Positions 38,273 to 48,412 of a DNA stretch of 64,000 nucleotides are shown here, one piece after another. The stretch covers positions 72,058 to 136,057 of the forward strand of contig CALCIN010000025.1 of NCBI GenBank assembly GCA_937961055.1, written 5' to 3'. The notes beneath the pieces were generated by a model that did not search any database, was not told the origin of the DNA, and saw nothing but the letters and a program-made list of their open reading frames with translations. The DNA comes from an uncultured Chitinophagaceae bacterium (GTDB lineage Bacteria; Bacteroidota; Bacteroidia; Chitinophagales; Chitinophagaceae). Within the stretch, counting starts at the first letter, position 1. Each line of letters begins with the position of its first letter. Made by a program: the position numbers and the translations under genes.

Positions 38273-38294
38273 GGAATTTCCCTATTACTCACCA

Positions 38295-41200
38295 CTATTG
38301 TACGATTAATTGTTTACTCCATTGGTGTGCACCTGCAGCTACTACGATATGATAAGCGCCTTTTTTCAAATCGTGTAAAGCAATGGTTTGCTGACTGGAA
38401 ACTTTAATCGTTTTTACGAGCACACCAGAAATATTGTATACCTGCACTGTTGCCTGCTGAACGCCCTGCGGTAAAGTGATTTTTGTAGTACCACTTGCGG
38501 GGTTGGGCGCCAATTGCACATCAGACTTCCGGTCGCGGATGTGAACGCTCACCATTTTCGAATAGGCAAACCTGTTATCTACGTCTACCTGTTGTATGCG
38601 GTATACAAGCGTACCGGGTTGCAGGTCTGCATCTTCAAAACTGTAATCATTGCGTACCGCGCCACCTTTGGCAGCCAGTGTGCCGATCACTGCAAAGTCG
38701 GCGCCATTCACACTTCTTTCCACTTCAAAATGACTGGTATGCACTTCTTCAGTGGTAGCCCAGCTGAGCAATACTTTTCCATCAAGTTCCTTTGCGGTAA
38801 ACGACAACCATTTCAGGGGAAGACTGCCCGCAACACTGACATTGCCTGTGGCAACGTTGGTGGTGTTATAGATCGGGGCATCCACACCATTGTATTCAAA
38901 TATGGCGTAGTGATAAGTTTTACCAGCTTCCAGTCCCGATACGTTAACGGAAGCACCACTTCCATTATACACCACATACTCACCTGCTGCTATCTGCGTA
39001 CCGTTTTTGAAAGTAGTGCTATGCGCATACACGCTGAGATTGGCAGGCGTGCCGGCTACTGCGCTTCCTTCTTTCAATACCACCAGTCTGCCTGCGCCTG
39101 CGCCCGAAGTCCAGGAAAGAGCAAGTGTCAATCCGTTCACAGTGCCGGACACATTACTGCTTCCGCTGGCCGGTACAGTGGCAGTAGACTGTTCAACCTG
39201 GAGATGTCCGCTAACCAGGTATTTTGTTTGTGTACCTGTGCCATTGTATTCAAACACGGCAAAGTGGTAGGTAGTAGCGGGCTGCAGGTTGGTAACCGTT
39301 ACTGTTTCATTATTGCCATCATACACCACATACTGGCCGTCGCCGAGGTCAGGGCCCGCGCCGAATGCATTGTTGGCATCATAATCAACACCGTCGGTGG
39401 GTGTAAACGTTACGGCGCTGCCTGCTTTCATCACTACGATTCTTCTGGCGCCATCACCTTTTTGCCAGCTAAACTTTAATTGGTTGCCGTCAACGATGTC
39501 AAACGAAGGCGCAGTGGAATGCGCAGCGGGCGGCTGTACGCCGGAACCTGTGGTAGTAAAATCAAAGGAAACACCAGGGCGGAGATAGAGGGGTGCATTG
39601 GTACCATTGTACTCAAACGCGGTTACGTAGTAGCGCGTATTGGGCGACAAACCATTGACTGTAAAAGCTATGCTGTTGTTTGATTTTTGCACTATAAAGT
39701 TGCCATTGCCTATTTCCCTGTTACCATAGGTAGTGTGCGCGGAATAGGAAACCAGGTCTTCCGGCTCGGCATCAACCGGCGATCCGGCGCGCATGATAAA
39801 CAACCTACCGCTTCCATTTCCAGCACTGAAGTTGATTTTTGCCTGGTTGTCCTGGATTTCTGAAGCTGACAGTCCGCCGGTTCCCTGGGTGGGCGTGGAT
39901 ACCGTGCTGCCGGCTCCTACCAGTTTCTGCGTAACCAGGTAATCCGGAAGATTGCCGGCAAGATTGTATTCATACACGGCAAAATGATAAGTAGTGGCGG
40001 GCTCCAGGTTTTCAACAGCAACCGAACGACCCGGGCCACTGTACACAACATATTCATCCTGTGCAATCATATAGCCCTGTGCAAAACGATTATTTGCTGC
40101 ATACTCAACGCCATCGGTGGGAGTAGCTGTTACCGGGCTGCCTTTTTTGGCAATTACCAGTCTGTGCGAACCATCGCCACCTGACCATGACAGGCGAAAA
40201 CTGTTGCCTTCATGTGTATTAGTACTGAAGGAGTTGCCGGGCGTGGAAGGCTCATTGGGCATGGTAACAGACACCGAATAGGGTGAACCATACACCGGGT
40301 AATCTTTTCCGTTGAAGCCCCAGATTGACAGGTGATAGGTAACGCCCGGTGTAAGCCCTGTAACGCCTCCTGCATTACTGTTGGTTTGTCCGTATAATAC
40401 GTAATTGCCGGGAGTGATCTGCGTGCCTGAACCAAAATTAGGGTTGCCGCTATAGCGTGTTAAATTAACCGGCACGGCATCAACCGGATCATTTGCCCTT
40501 ATCACTATCAACCGGTAATTGCTTTCCCCTGGTTCATATTTAAAAGAAAAGGATGTACCTGAAATACTTTCCAGCCTGAAGCCGGAAGGATCAGAGGCAG
40601 GTACACCTGCAGTAGCGCCTGCTTTTTCAGAGTAGCTGCTCGTTAAATAATAGGTATTACCCTCGGCATCTACATCGAAGTCGTATATACGAAAATAATA
40701 GGTGGTGGCAATTTCGAGATTGGTAAAGGTGCGATTGCTGCCTGTACTATTTAACACAAAATCGCCGTTGGGAAATTGGTGTCCCTGTCCGTAAGCCGGA
40801 TTACCTACATACGATTCACCGTTTACCGGCACCGCGGTTACGGGCTGCTCTTTGCGGGCTATGATCAGTTGATGTTTGCCATTGCCGGCACTATAGGATA
40901 TGGAAAGGCGATTGCCTTCAACACTATTGAAGCTGATAGTTCCCGAGGCCTGTGTGGGACCTGCATTTGTTTTGCGCTGGCCGGTATTGCCGGGCAGCAG
41001 GTACACCGGTCCTACATTCCCGTTGAACTCAAAAATGGCAAAATAATATTCCGTGTTGGGCTCCAGGTTGGTAACAGTTACTGAACTGCCGCTGCCTTCA
41101 TACACCACATAGTTATCGCCATTGATAGCGCTTCCATCACCGAATGCAGCATTGGCCGTATAATCATGGAGCTGTTCCGGAGTAGCGTTTACCGGCGCGC

Positions 41201-41756
41201 CTTTACGGGCCAGCAGCAATGTTTTCTCGCCATTGCCACCGGTCCAGCTTACCTGCATCCTGTTGCCGGTAACATTGGAAAAAGAAGAAATGGTAGCCTG
41301 CTGTGTGGGCGCCGATTTGGTGGTAATCTGTCCGGTAAGGGGGATCAACAGAAATTCCGTTGCAGTGCCGCTGCCATTGAATTCCCAGATACTCATGTAA
41401 TACGTGGTGCCGTATTTAAGATTGGTAACGATAGTGGAAGGATTGCTTACCGCGTGGCTGCCGCAAAAAATCACAAAACCATCATCGCCGTTGAATTCCG
41501 TACCGGGGGTACCAAAAACCGTACTGCCGGCGGGATAGGAAACGCCGTTCACCGGTTCAGTGGTAATGGGGCTGCCTTCTTTTACAACAATAAGACGATA
41601 GGCGCCATCACCTTTCCTAAACGTGAAACCAAACCGGCCTCCATCCAATAAATTGGAAGTAAAACTGAGATTGCTGGCCGACACCACCGGTGGCGTGGCC
41701 ATCGCACACAAACAAACAATGAGGGATGTAAGAACGAGTGTAAATCTTTTTTTCAT
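38295..41756 (-). CDS. Type IX secretion substrate: large cell-surface protein with ~10 tandem Fn3/Ig-like repeats and a C-terminal T9SS sorting domain
   Basis: Signal peptide; repeated ~110-aa units (…SWSGG(D/N)G…L…A(R/K)KG…NLEP(N/A)T(E/T)YYFA(I/V)FEYNG…); C-terminal …ISGVLVKTIKV…LKKGAYHIVV… resembles a type A T9SS sorting domain. Confidence 0.8.
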   Translation of the reverse strand: MKKRFTLVLTSLIVCLCAMATPPVVSASNLSFTSNLLDGGRFGFTFRKGDGAYRLIVVKEGSPITTEPVNGVSYPAGSTVFGTPGTEFNGDDGFVIFCGSHAVSNPSTIVTNLKYGTTYYMSIWEFNGSGTATEFLLIPLTGQITTKSAPTQQATISSFSNVTGNRMQVSWTGGNGEKTLLLARKGAPVNATPEQLHDYTANAAFGDGSAINGDNYVVYEGSGSSVTVTNLEPNTEYYFAIFEFNGNVGPVYLLPGNTGQRKTNAGPTQASGTISFNSVEGNRLSISYSAGNGKHQLIIARKEQPVTAVPVNGESYVGNPAYGQGHQFPNGDFVLNSTGSNRTFTNLEIATTYYFRIYDFDVDAEGNTYYLTSSYSEKAGATAGVPASDPSGFRLESISGTSFSFKYEPGESNYRLIVIRANDPVDAVPVNLTRYSGNPNFGSGTQITPGNYVLYGQTNSNAGGVTGLTPGVTYHLSIWGFNGKDYPVYGSPYSVSVTMPNEPSTPGNSFSTNTHEGNSFRLSWSGGDGSHRLVIAKKGSPVTATPTDGVEYAANNRFAQGYMIAQDEYVVYSGPGRSVAVENLEPATTYHFAVYEYNLAGNLPDYLVTQKLVGAGSTVSTPTQGTGGLSASEIQDNQAKINFSAGNGSGRLFIMRAGSPVDAEPEDLVSYSAHTTYGNREIGNGNFIVQKSNNSIAFTVNGLSPNTRYYVTAFEYNGTNAPLYLRPGVSFDFTTTGSGVQPPAAHSTAPSFDIVDGNQLKFSWQKGDGARRIVVMKAGSAVTFTPTDGVDYDANNAFGAGPDLGDGQYVVYDGNNETVTVTNLQPATTYHFAVFEYNGTGTQTKYLVSGHLQVEQSTATVPASGSSNVSGTVNGLTLALSWTSGAGAGRLVVLKEGSAVAGTPANLSVYAHSTTFKNGTQIAAGEYVVYNGSGASVNVSGLEAGKTYHYAIFEYNGVDAPIYNTTNVATGNVSVAGSLPLKWLSFTAKELDGKVLLSWATTEEVHTSHFEVERSVNGADFAVIGTLAAKGGAVRNDYSFEDADLQPGTLVYRIQQVDVDNRFAYSKMVSVHIRDRKSDVQLAPNPASGTTKITLPQGVQQATVQVYNISGVLVKTIKVSSQQTIALHDLKKGAYHIVVAAGAHQWSKQLIVQ
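39050..41670 (-). repeat. Tandem ~330-bp coding repeats (about 10 copies) inside the T9SS surface protein gene
   Basis: Periodic recurrence of the same peptide motifs in the translation. Confidence 0.6.
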
Positions 41757-42688
41757 AACTACTCCATGCTTGAATAAGTCCGTTAAAAAAGCCTACCTGC
41801 CGCACTAAGGCCTGCGGTAAACGGGGCCAAAGATGTTTTAGATTACCGGCAGATTAAATGGAGTAGTGCATGGAATGACAAAAAATGAGGGTGAATTGCG
41901 GAGTAGGTTCATTTTAGCTTCCTTGCATTCCTGACAAAAATTACACCGTCCAATAAATTTTGCCAGGGAAGATTAACATATTCATAGGCAGTAGGACTCA
42001 TATAACATGAAAAGTTTTTGCGCCAGAATGCTCACGAAATAGACGAAAGTCGACATACGCATATGCATAATGCTTACCCAGATACCATTCTAAACTTTTC
42101 TTGACAGGTCTATTGACTAACGACCTCTAACTTAACCTCACTGCCATCCGGATTCAACCAGAAAACAGCATTTGGTTGAATGAGCTTAAGGGCTTGCAGA
42201 TTACTGCGTGCCGGGCAGCGTTTTTATGCAAAATGTGAGGGCAGGTAGCAAATTGTACCTCACGTATATCCACACCCGCTACCGTCTTGCAGGTTGAAGT
42301 ACAGCTGGAAATGAGTATAAAAACAAATGCGGGAAAAAAAGGGGGTTTATATACATGGGTTAAGCATATTTCGCACATCCCTGCGCGTCCTCTGAATTGT
42401 TCGATTGATTGACGACTAAACATACTATGTAAGCGAAGCAGCGTCTACTATCATTTCTTAAAATGTCGTTATAATCAGATAGGCGCGCAGTACGGAAATA
42501 ATTGCAACAACCCCGGATTGATCATCGAAATTTTGTGCGGATAAAACAAACCATACCCTTGACCAGGCAACACCAATTTTGTTTCTTATAAAATTTAGTG
42601 TACCTGCCGGAGTACCAAACATAATTCAGCACCAACGCGTGCAGCGCAGCCTCACTGGCTGTACGAAATAAGAAGAAAACACCCCTCA

Positions 42689-43453
42689 TCAATTAGGCAT
42701 CGTAGTAACACTCCCTGCCCATTCTTTTCTCGGTATTTCGGGCTTGGGTTGCTGCCAGAGGCGGGAAAATAACTGACGCAGTGTTTGCGCAGCCGTTTTG
42801 CGGATAATGCGCATGTCTAACCAGAAGCTGGCATTGCGCACATAAAAACTATCAAACTGGTAACGATGAAAGATACTTGCAAAATCTTTGGTAGGGCCCC
42901 GGTAACCTTTGATCTGTGCCAGACCGGTAATACCCGGACGAACAAGATTCCTGAATTTATAATTGGCAATCACACGTGAAAATCTGTCGCAGTCGGCATG
43001 CATATGTGGCCGCGGTCCTACAATACTCATGTGTCCCAACAACACGTTGATGAACTGTGGAAATTCGTCAAGATTGGATTTGCGCAAAAATTTACCCACA
43101 CCCGTAATGCGGCTATCGTTCTCCTGGGCCTGCTGGATATTCGCCCTTTCATTCACCACCATGGTCCGAAACTTCAGGCAATAGAAACTTTTTCCCCACC
43201 GGCCAACACGACGCTGAACAAAAAATACGGGCCCGCGGGAATCCAGTTTAATCAAAATGGCAACAATGGGAATTAACCAGCTTAAAATGAAAACGATTAC
43301 AAAAGTTGATAAGATAATATCACCAACTCTTTTGAAAAAGAAATATTTGCGTTTCTTTTCCAAAAATGATCGCAAGCACAGGGTTTCATCGGCAAATTTA
43401 CCTTTTTCATTACTGAAATACTGGATTTTAGAAAAGGACGAAGTTATCATCAT
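42689..43453 (-). CDS. Polyprenyl-phosphate sugar phosphotransferase (bacterial sugar transferase, WbaP/WcaJ C-terminal type), the initiating enzyme
   Basis: …LDEFPQFINVLLGHMSIVGPRP… motif, N-terminal TM. Confidence 0.85.
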   Translation of the reverse strand: MMITSSFSKIQYFSNEKGKFADETLCLRSFLEKKRKYFFFKRVGDIILSTFVIVFILSWLIPIVAILIKLDSRGPVFFVQRRVGRWGKSFYCLKFRTMVVNERANIQQAQENDSRITGVGKFLRKSNLDEFPQFINVLLGHMSIVGPRPHMHADCDRFSRVIANYKFRNLVRPGITGLAQIKGYRGPTKDFASIFHRYQFDSFYVRNASFWLDMRIIRKTAAQTLRQLFSRLWQQPKPEIPRKEWAGSVTTMPN

Positions 43454-43748
43454 CTCATTTTAATCTTTACCCTTTCCTATTCATACAAGAAAGGGGCCAT
43501 TCATAAAATAATACCTCTGGGTAACGCAACGCCTGTCTGACAGACTGCAAAGAAAACGCCTTTTATCAATACATATATGCTGCCAGATTAGTTTTTTCAA
43601 AAAAAATTAACACACATATTGGCGTAAACGTTAATGTCTTAAGTTGACATTGTGATAGTTAGATTCGTTGCTTACGCCAAAAACATTTTTTTCCAACGTA
43701 ATAACGACATATTGCTCCCCGGATTGTCATGTTTGCAGCATAACATGC

Positions 43749-44978
43749 CTATATTTCTAAAATTTTTTTGTTTTTACGTATGGCAGTGGGAGAATGATAA
43801 TAAAAAAGAAGCATAAAAAACAGGAAAAAAACAAGCTCCTGTTGCACTTCAAACGTTGATTCCACCAAAGATATTATCATAAAATGCAACAGCACCAGCA
43901 TCAATAATAGATTACGGTTGCGTATGGCATATATAAAAACCATCATAAGAATAGTCAGTAAAAACCCTAATCCGACCACTCCGCCCATCAGTGCAGTCTG
44001 AAGGTACTGGTTATGCGAATGATAAGCCTCCTGTACACCCAGGTCAAAACCTTTTTCTCCATATTTCTGCATTAATGGCTTATGCCATCCTTTAACGCCA
44101 TACCCCAGCAATGGTCGCTCGGCAATAAGTTCCGACGCAGATTCCCACATGAGTATACGTGAGGCCAGCCCGTTTTGATTGTCTTCAGCACTTTGATATT
44201 GCTTCCACTCGGTTACGGAAAACCGCCACTTGAGAAAATAGAGATTATTCACGGCAATAATCGTAGCGCCGGCTATAACACCTACAATAACGATGGCAAG
44301 CACCGGCTGGTTTACCTTCACCCACACAATGTACCACGTAAAACACACCAACGTAATGATCAGCAGAAATACGAGCATCTTACTCGACAACAACAACATG
44401 ATGAACGCAAGGAAACACACCCACAGCAGTGTGAAAATGCCCGAGGATTTTTTTTGTGCATCCGGAGGGTCAACAAAACCGAAATACAACAACCATATAA
44501 TGCTCTGAAGCGAATAATGAGATAAAAATATCGCATTCAGGTCCATCTGCTGCGATAAATAGTGGTAAAAGAAAAGCCGGGAATCGCCGGTTTGCTGGTA
44601 ATCTATGAACGACTTGACCAGGCAAATGACGGCAATTACGCTTACCGTAATGGCAAATACCCTGCAAACCTGCCGTACCACCTGGCCGGAGAGCTTTGCC
44701 CAGGAGATAATAAATGGCAACACCAGGAAACTGGCATATCCTTCGAGGTTTTTAAAGGAATACCCTCCGCTGGCATCCCAGAACCACGTTAGGGCCAGCC
44801 ATACAAAATAGGCGGCACTTACTACAGCCAGCCGGGAAATGGGCAATTTGCTGCCAATAGCCTGTATCAGAACGATCCCGCACAATAAAGCGATAGTCCA
44901 GCTGTTTATATTATTGTGCAATGGTATGGTAACCGTTACCCCAAAAGTGGCAATTCTCAATAACCAGGATCGATTCAT
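43749..44978 (-). CDS. O-antigen ligase / Wzy-family membrane protein
   Basis: Multi-TM protein with a periplasmic loop GYGVKGWHKP…HSHNQYLQ typical of the O-antigen ligase domain. Confidence 0.7.
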   Translation of the reverse strand: MNRSWLLRIATFGVTVTIPLHNNINSWTIALLCGIVLIQAIGSKLPISRLAVVSAAYFVWLALTWFWDASGGYSFKNLEGYASFLVLPFIISWAKLSGQVVRQVCRVFAITVSVIAVICLVKSFIDYQQTGDSRLFFYHYLSQQMDLNAIFLSHYSLQSIIWLLYFGFVDPPDAQKKSSGIFTLLWVCFLAFIMLLLSSKMLVFLLIITLVCFTWYIVWVKVNQPVLAIVIVGVIAGATIIAVNNLYFLKWRFSVTEWKQYQSAEDNQNGLASRILMWESASELIAERPLLGYGVKGWHKPLMQKYGEKGFDLGVQEAYHSHNQYLQTALMGGVVGLGFLLTILMMVFIYAIRNRNLLLMLVLLHFMIISLVESTFEVQQELVFFLFFMLLFYYHSPTAIRKNKKILEI

Positions 44979-45207
44979 GAATAATTGTTGTTCTACGATT
45001 GCAATTGCTCAAAGGAACTGCCCTTGCACGCCGCAAGGTACGGTATTAATGATTATGATTACGGAACGATGCCGGCCGTGGCATCGCCAGCGCAGTATTA
45101 AAAACATCATTCATGCAACGTAAAAACTACAGTTGCGGTCAAGTCGGAAACTATTCTATTTTTGTGGCCGCCAATTTTTTAACATATATCAAAAAATAAA
45201 CACTTTC

Positions 45208-46170
45208 ATGAAGGTATTAGTTACGGGTGGCGCCGGATTCATTGGTTCCAACATTGTTGAAAAACTCCTGCAGTTGAAAAATATTGAAGTGGTTCGCGTG
45301 GTAGACAACCTCGAAACCGGCTCCAGAAACAATATCAGCCAGTTTCTGAACGACCCCAGATTTGAATTTGAAGAAGCAGATATCCGGAATTTTGATACCT
45401 GTCGCAAAGTGTCAGCCGGCATGGATGCCATTCTCCACCAGGCAGCATTGGGCTCCGTACCCCGGTCGGTACAAAACCCGATCGCTACCAATGAGTTTAA
45501 TATAACCGGCACACTGAACGTTTTCTTTGCGGCTAAAGAAAACAGGATTGGAAAGGTGGTGTTCGCCTCCTCCTCTTCTACCTATGGCAGCAATACCGAC
45601 CTGCCCAAAATTGAAGACAAAATCGGCGACCCGCTCTCTCCCTACGCTGTAACCAAACTGGTAAACGAATTATATGCAAAGGTATTTTCCCGGCTATATG
45701 ATTTCCGCTATATAGGCTTCCGGTATTTCAATGTATTTGGGCCCCGGCAAAGCCCTAAAGGTCCCTATGCAGCCGTTATTCCCATTTTCTTTGCTGAAAT
45801 GCTGGCCGGCCGCTCCCCGGTTATCAACGGCAACGGTGAACAAAGCCGCGATTTCACTTATGTTGAAAATGTGGTGGATATCAACATCAGCACCTTATTC
45901 AACGATAATCCCTCCAGTTGGAACCAGATCTATAACGTGGCCTTTGGCGCAAAAACCTCACTGAATCAATTATATAACTATATCGCGCGTCTTACCGGCC
46001 ATACCGGGAAACCCGTGTACGGCCCCGAGAGAATGGGCGATATTAAAGACAGCCTGGCAGATATTTCCAAAGCCAGACAATTGCTGAATTACAATCCGGC
46101 CATTTCCATTGAGGAAGGGTTGAAAAAAACCTACGACTGGTTTCTGAGCCATCAACACGCTGTAAAATAA
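45208..46170 (+). CDS. NAD-dependent sugar epimerase/dehydratase (SDR, UDP-sugar 4-epimerase-like)
   Basis: VLVTGGAGFIGSN Rossmann motif and YAVTK catalytic YxxxK; start chosen at the internal Met. Confidence 0.8.
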   Translation: MKVLVTGGAGFIGSNIVEKLLQLKNIEVVRVVDNLETGSRNNISQFLNDPRFEFEEADIRNFDTCRKVSAGMDAILHQAALGSVPRSVQNPIATNEFNITGTLNVFFAAKENRIGKVVFASSSSTYGSNTDLPKIEDKIGDPLSPYAVTKLVNELYAKVFSRLYDFRYIGFRYFNVFGPRQSPKGPYAAVIPIFFAEMLAGRSPVINGNGEQSRDFTYVENVVDINISTLFNDNPSSWNQIYNVAFGAKTSLNQLYNYIARLTGHTGKPVYGPERMGDIKDSLADISKARQLLNYNPAISIEEGLKKTYDWFLSHQHAVK

Positions 46171-46211
46171 TTTCAATACCGGCTGCACCATAAGGTGCAC
46201 CTACTTTTAGT

Positions 46212-46973
46212 ATGGATGATCGTTTGCATATCATCAGTCTCCCGGTAAATCAGATCTCATTCCGGGAAAGCCTTGACCGTATATGTGCATGGGGACTGGA
46301 ACGCCGGTCAGGCTTTGTTTGCTTTGCCAATGTGCACATGATCATTGAAGCGCATACCAATGCCACCTTCAATAACCTGTTGCGCAAGGCCGCGTTGGTA
46401 TTGCCCGATGGCCAACCTCTTGCGCTCGCCTGCAGGTGGCTGTACCGCAAAAAACAGGAAAGGATTTCCGGTATGGACTTCATGCCTGCCCTGCTGCAGG
46501 AAGCCCACCGGTTAAAGGCCCGCGTTTTTTTATACGGCTCCACGGAAACAGTGCTGGAGCAACTGATCAGGAAAATTGAAACTACCTACCCTGGTGTGCA
46601 GGTGGCCGGCGCCATCTCTCCCCCTTTCCGGCCTCTCAGCCAGGAAGAGTTGAATGATCATATAGACCAGATTAACCGCTCCGGAGCCAATTTTGTATTG
46701 GTGGCGCTCGGTTGCCCAAAACAGGAAACCTGGATGGCCCTCCATTCTGAAAAACTGCACGCGGTGTTGCTCGGATTGGGCGGGGCATTTCCCGTTACGG
46801 CAGGACTGCAAAAAAGAGCACCCGTATGGATGCAACGCGCCGCCCTGGAATGGCTGCACCGCTTGCTGCAGGAACCGGGCAGATTGTTTAAACGCTATCT
46901 CTATACCAACTTATACTTCATAGTGCTCCTGGTAAAAGCAATTTTCAGGAAAAGAAAATATCGGTTACCGTAG
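46212..46973 (+). CDS. WecB/TagA/CpsF-family glycosyltransferase (GT26)
   Basis: 253 aa; conserved layout resembles N-acetylmannosaminyltransferases. Confidence 0.75.
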   Translation: MDDRLHIISLPVNQISFRESLDRICAWGLERRSGFVCFANVHMIIEAHTNATFNNLLRKAALVLPDGQPLALACRWLYRKKQERISGMDFMPALLQEAHRLKARVFLYGSTETVLEQLIRKIETTYPGVQVAGAISPPFRPLSQEELNDHIDQINRSGANFVLVALGCPKQETWMALHSEKLHAVLLGLGGAFPVTAGLQKRAPVWMQRAALEWLHRLLQEPGRLFKRYLYTNLYFIVLLVKAIFRKRKYRLP

Positions 46974-47086
46974 TGAGGGCATGAATATCAATACAACTGA
47001 AGGTGTTGCCGGGCATGCCCTTTGCGCACAGGTCTTTCCCGAACGGATTCACCTCAAACAAGCCACTACGCGATGCACGAATTACA

Positions 47087-48397
47087 TCATGACTTCTGTT
47101 GCCGGGCGTTAACAGCAATAATACCTTCACTCAACTTAATGAGCAGGATGATCAGGGCAACAATTTCCGGGTACTCCATATAATTGTCAATGACAAGCAG
47201 CAATACCAGCAGGATGGTAAGAAATTTTATCATGCCGCCCGCAACATTCAACTGCACAGTAGGAACAGCCCTGGCAACACGCAGCATCGATCGGCGGTAA
47301 TTGGCCGCTATTACCCACCCAATAAAAACGGTAACGATTATGCCATACTCGCCCAGCAACGCCAGTAGGGAAGAAAATGGCTGGCTCATAAAGCCGTCAT
47401 ACCAGGTGATCACCGAAGGATTCCACAGGGGATAAGCTTCTGTAGCAAAATAGTATGGCTGCACCGCGCTTTTGATAAATGATACATTAAAATAAGTAGG
47501 GCTGCCCACCATAAAAGCGGAACGGCTGTTGAATGTACCCGGCCCGGAACCAAACAGGAGGTCCACGGGCTGATGGGAATACGCCTGATAATAATTTTTG
47601 AAAATGGCCAGCTTGCGCGGCATATCCTGCCCGGTGGTGAGGCCCTTCCAGAATTTTTTGAGAATATTCATATTATACTCCAGCACCCGGTCGCTCACCA
47701 CATTCATCAGTACATACAACGCCACCACCCCAATGCCGAAAATCAATCCAAAACGAATCACATTTTTCAGCGAGGGTTTAAACAGGTAAATAGCCAGCGT
47801 GGCCATGAACACCATGAGACCTGCGCCATAAAAACTCATGATGGAGCAAACCACGAAAAATATACTCAGCACCAAATACCATTTCTCTTTTACCTGCCGC
47901 CACAACAGGAAGTAGTAAAAAAATAAAATGCTGTTTATAATGGAAAGGCCATTCTGTGAAACGGTAAAAGTGCCATAAAAGCCTTCAAAACTGTCGTCAT
48001 GCTTCAGGCGGGCATATTGAAACATACCCAGTATGTTATTCGCCACCATAATGATGGAAAGCGCTACTATAAAACGATGCAGGTGCTGCGACTGTCCTGC
48101 TACCGGTTTCGGTGATGCGCAGAGCAACAGGATCAGGGGAACGACATAGTACAAACTCACCAGGTTGTAAGAAAGATAAAATCCATGACGCCAGGAGAAC
48201 AACCAAACAATACCTACGGCCGCCAATAAATACAATGCATCGAAATGCAGGCGCCAACGGAATACAAAAAACAATATAACCGTCAATACCGGGTACAACA
48301 ATAAGAATGACACCCTGAATACAGTAGCAAATATCAGGGTAAGCATCACCAGGATGAAATCCATCAGGTGAATCTTTGGGTTGATCGGTATTCCCAT
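47087..48397 (-). CDS. Polytopic membrane protein, putative oligosaccharide repeat-unit polymerase (Wzy-like)
   Basis: ~12 predicted TM segments, no soluble-domain motifs; located inside the polysaccharide locus. Confidence 0.5.
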   Translation of the reverse strand: MGIPINPKIHLMDFILVMLTLIFATVFRVSFLLLYPVLTVILFFVFRWRLHFDALYLLAAVGIVWLFSWRHGFYLSYNLVSLYYVVPLILLLCASPKPVAGQSQHLHRFIVALSIIMVANNILGMFQYARLKHDDSFEGFYGTFTVSQNGLSIINSILFFYYFLLWRQVKEKWYLVLSIFFVVCSIMSFYGAGLMVFMATLAIYLFKPSLKNVIRFGLIFGIGVVALYVLMNVVSDRVLEYNMNILKKFWKGLTTGQDMPRKLAIFKNYYQAYSHQPVDLLFGSGPGTFNSRSAFMVGSPTYFNVSFIKSAVQPYYFATEAYPLWNPSVITWYDGFMSQPFSSLLALLGEYGIIVTVFIGWVIAANYRRSMLRVARAVPTVQLNVAGGMIKFLTILLVLLLVIDNYMEYPEIVALIILLIKLSEGIIAVNARQQKS

Positions 48398-48412
48398 TGC
48401 AATGATCAGTGT

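Noticed and set aside
38514-39479. 321-aa ORF antisense to the T9SS repeat-protein gene
   Set aside because: Embedded in a gene with strong periodic repeat structure and a C-terminal sorting domain; no motifs of its own
43621-43677. Inverted repeat ggcgtaa…ttacgcc enclosing an aatgtc-ttaagtt-gacatt hairpin upstream of the sugar transferase gene
   Set aside because: Short arms (6-7 bp) in an AT-rich promoter region; could be an operator, but it is indistinguishable from chance by eye, so not reported as a feature
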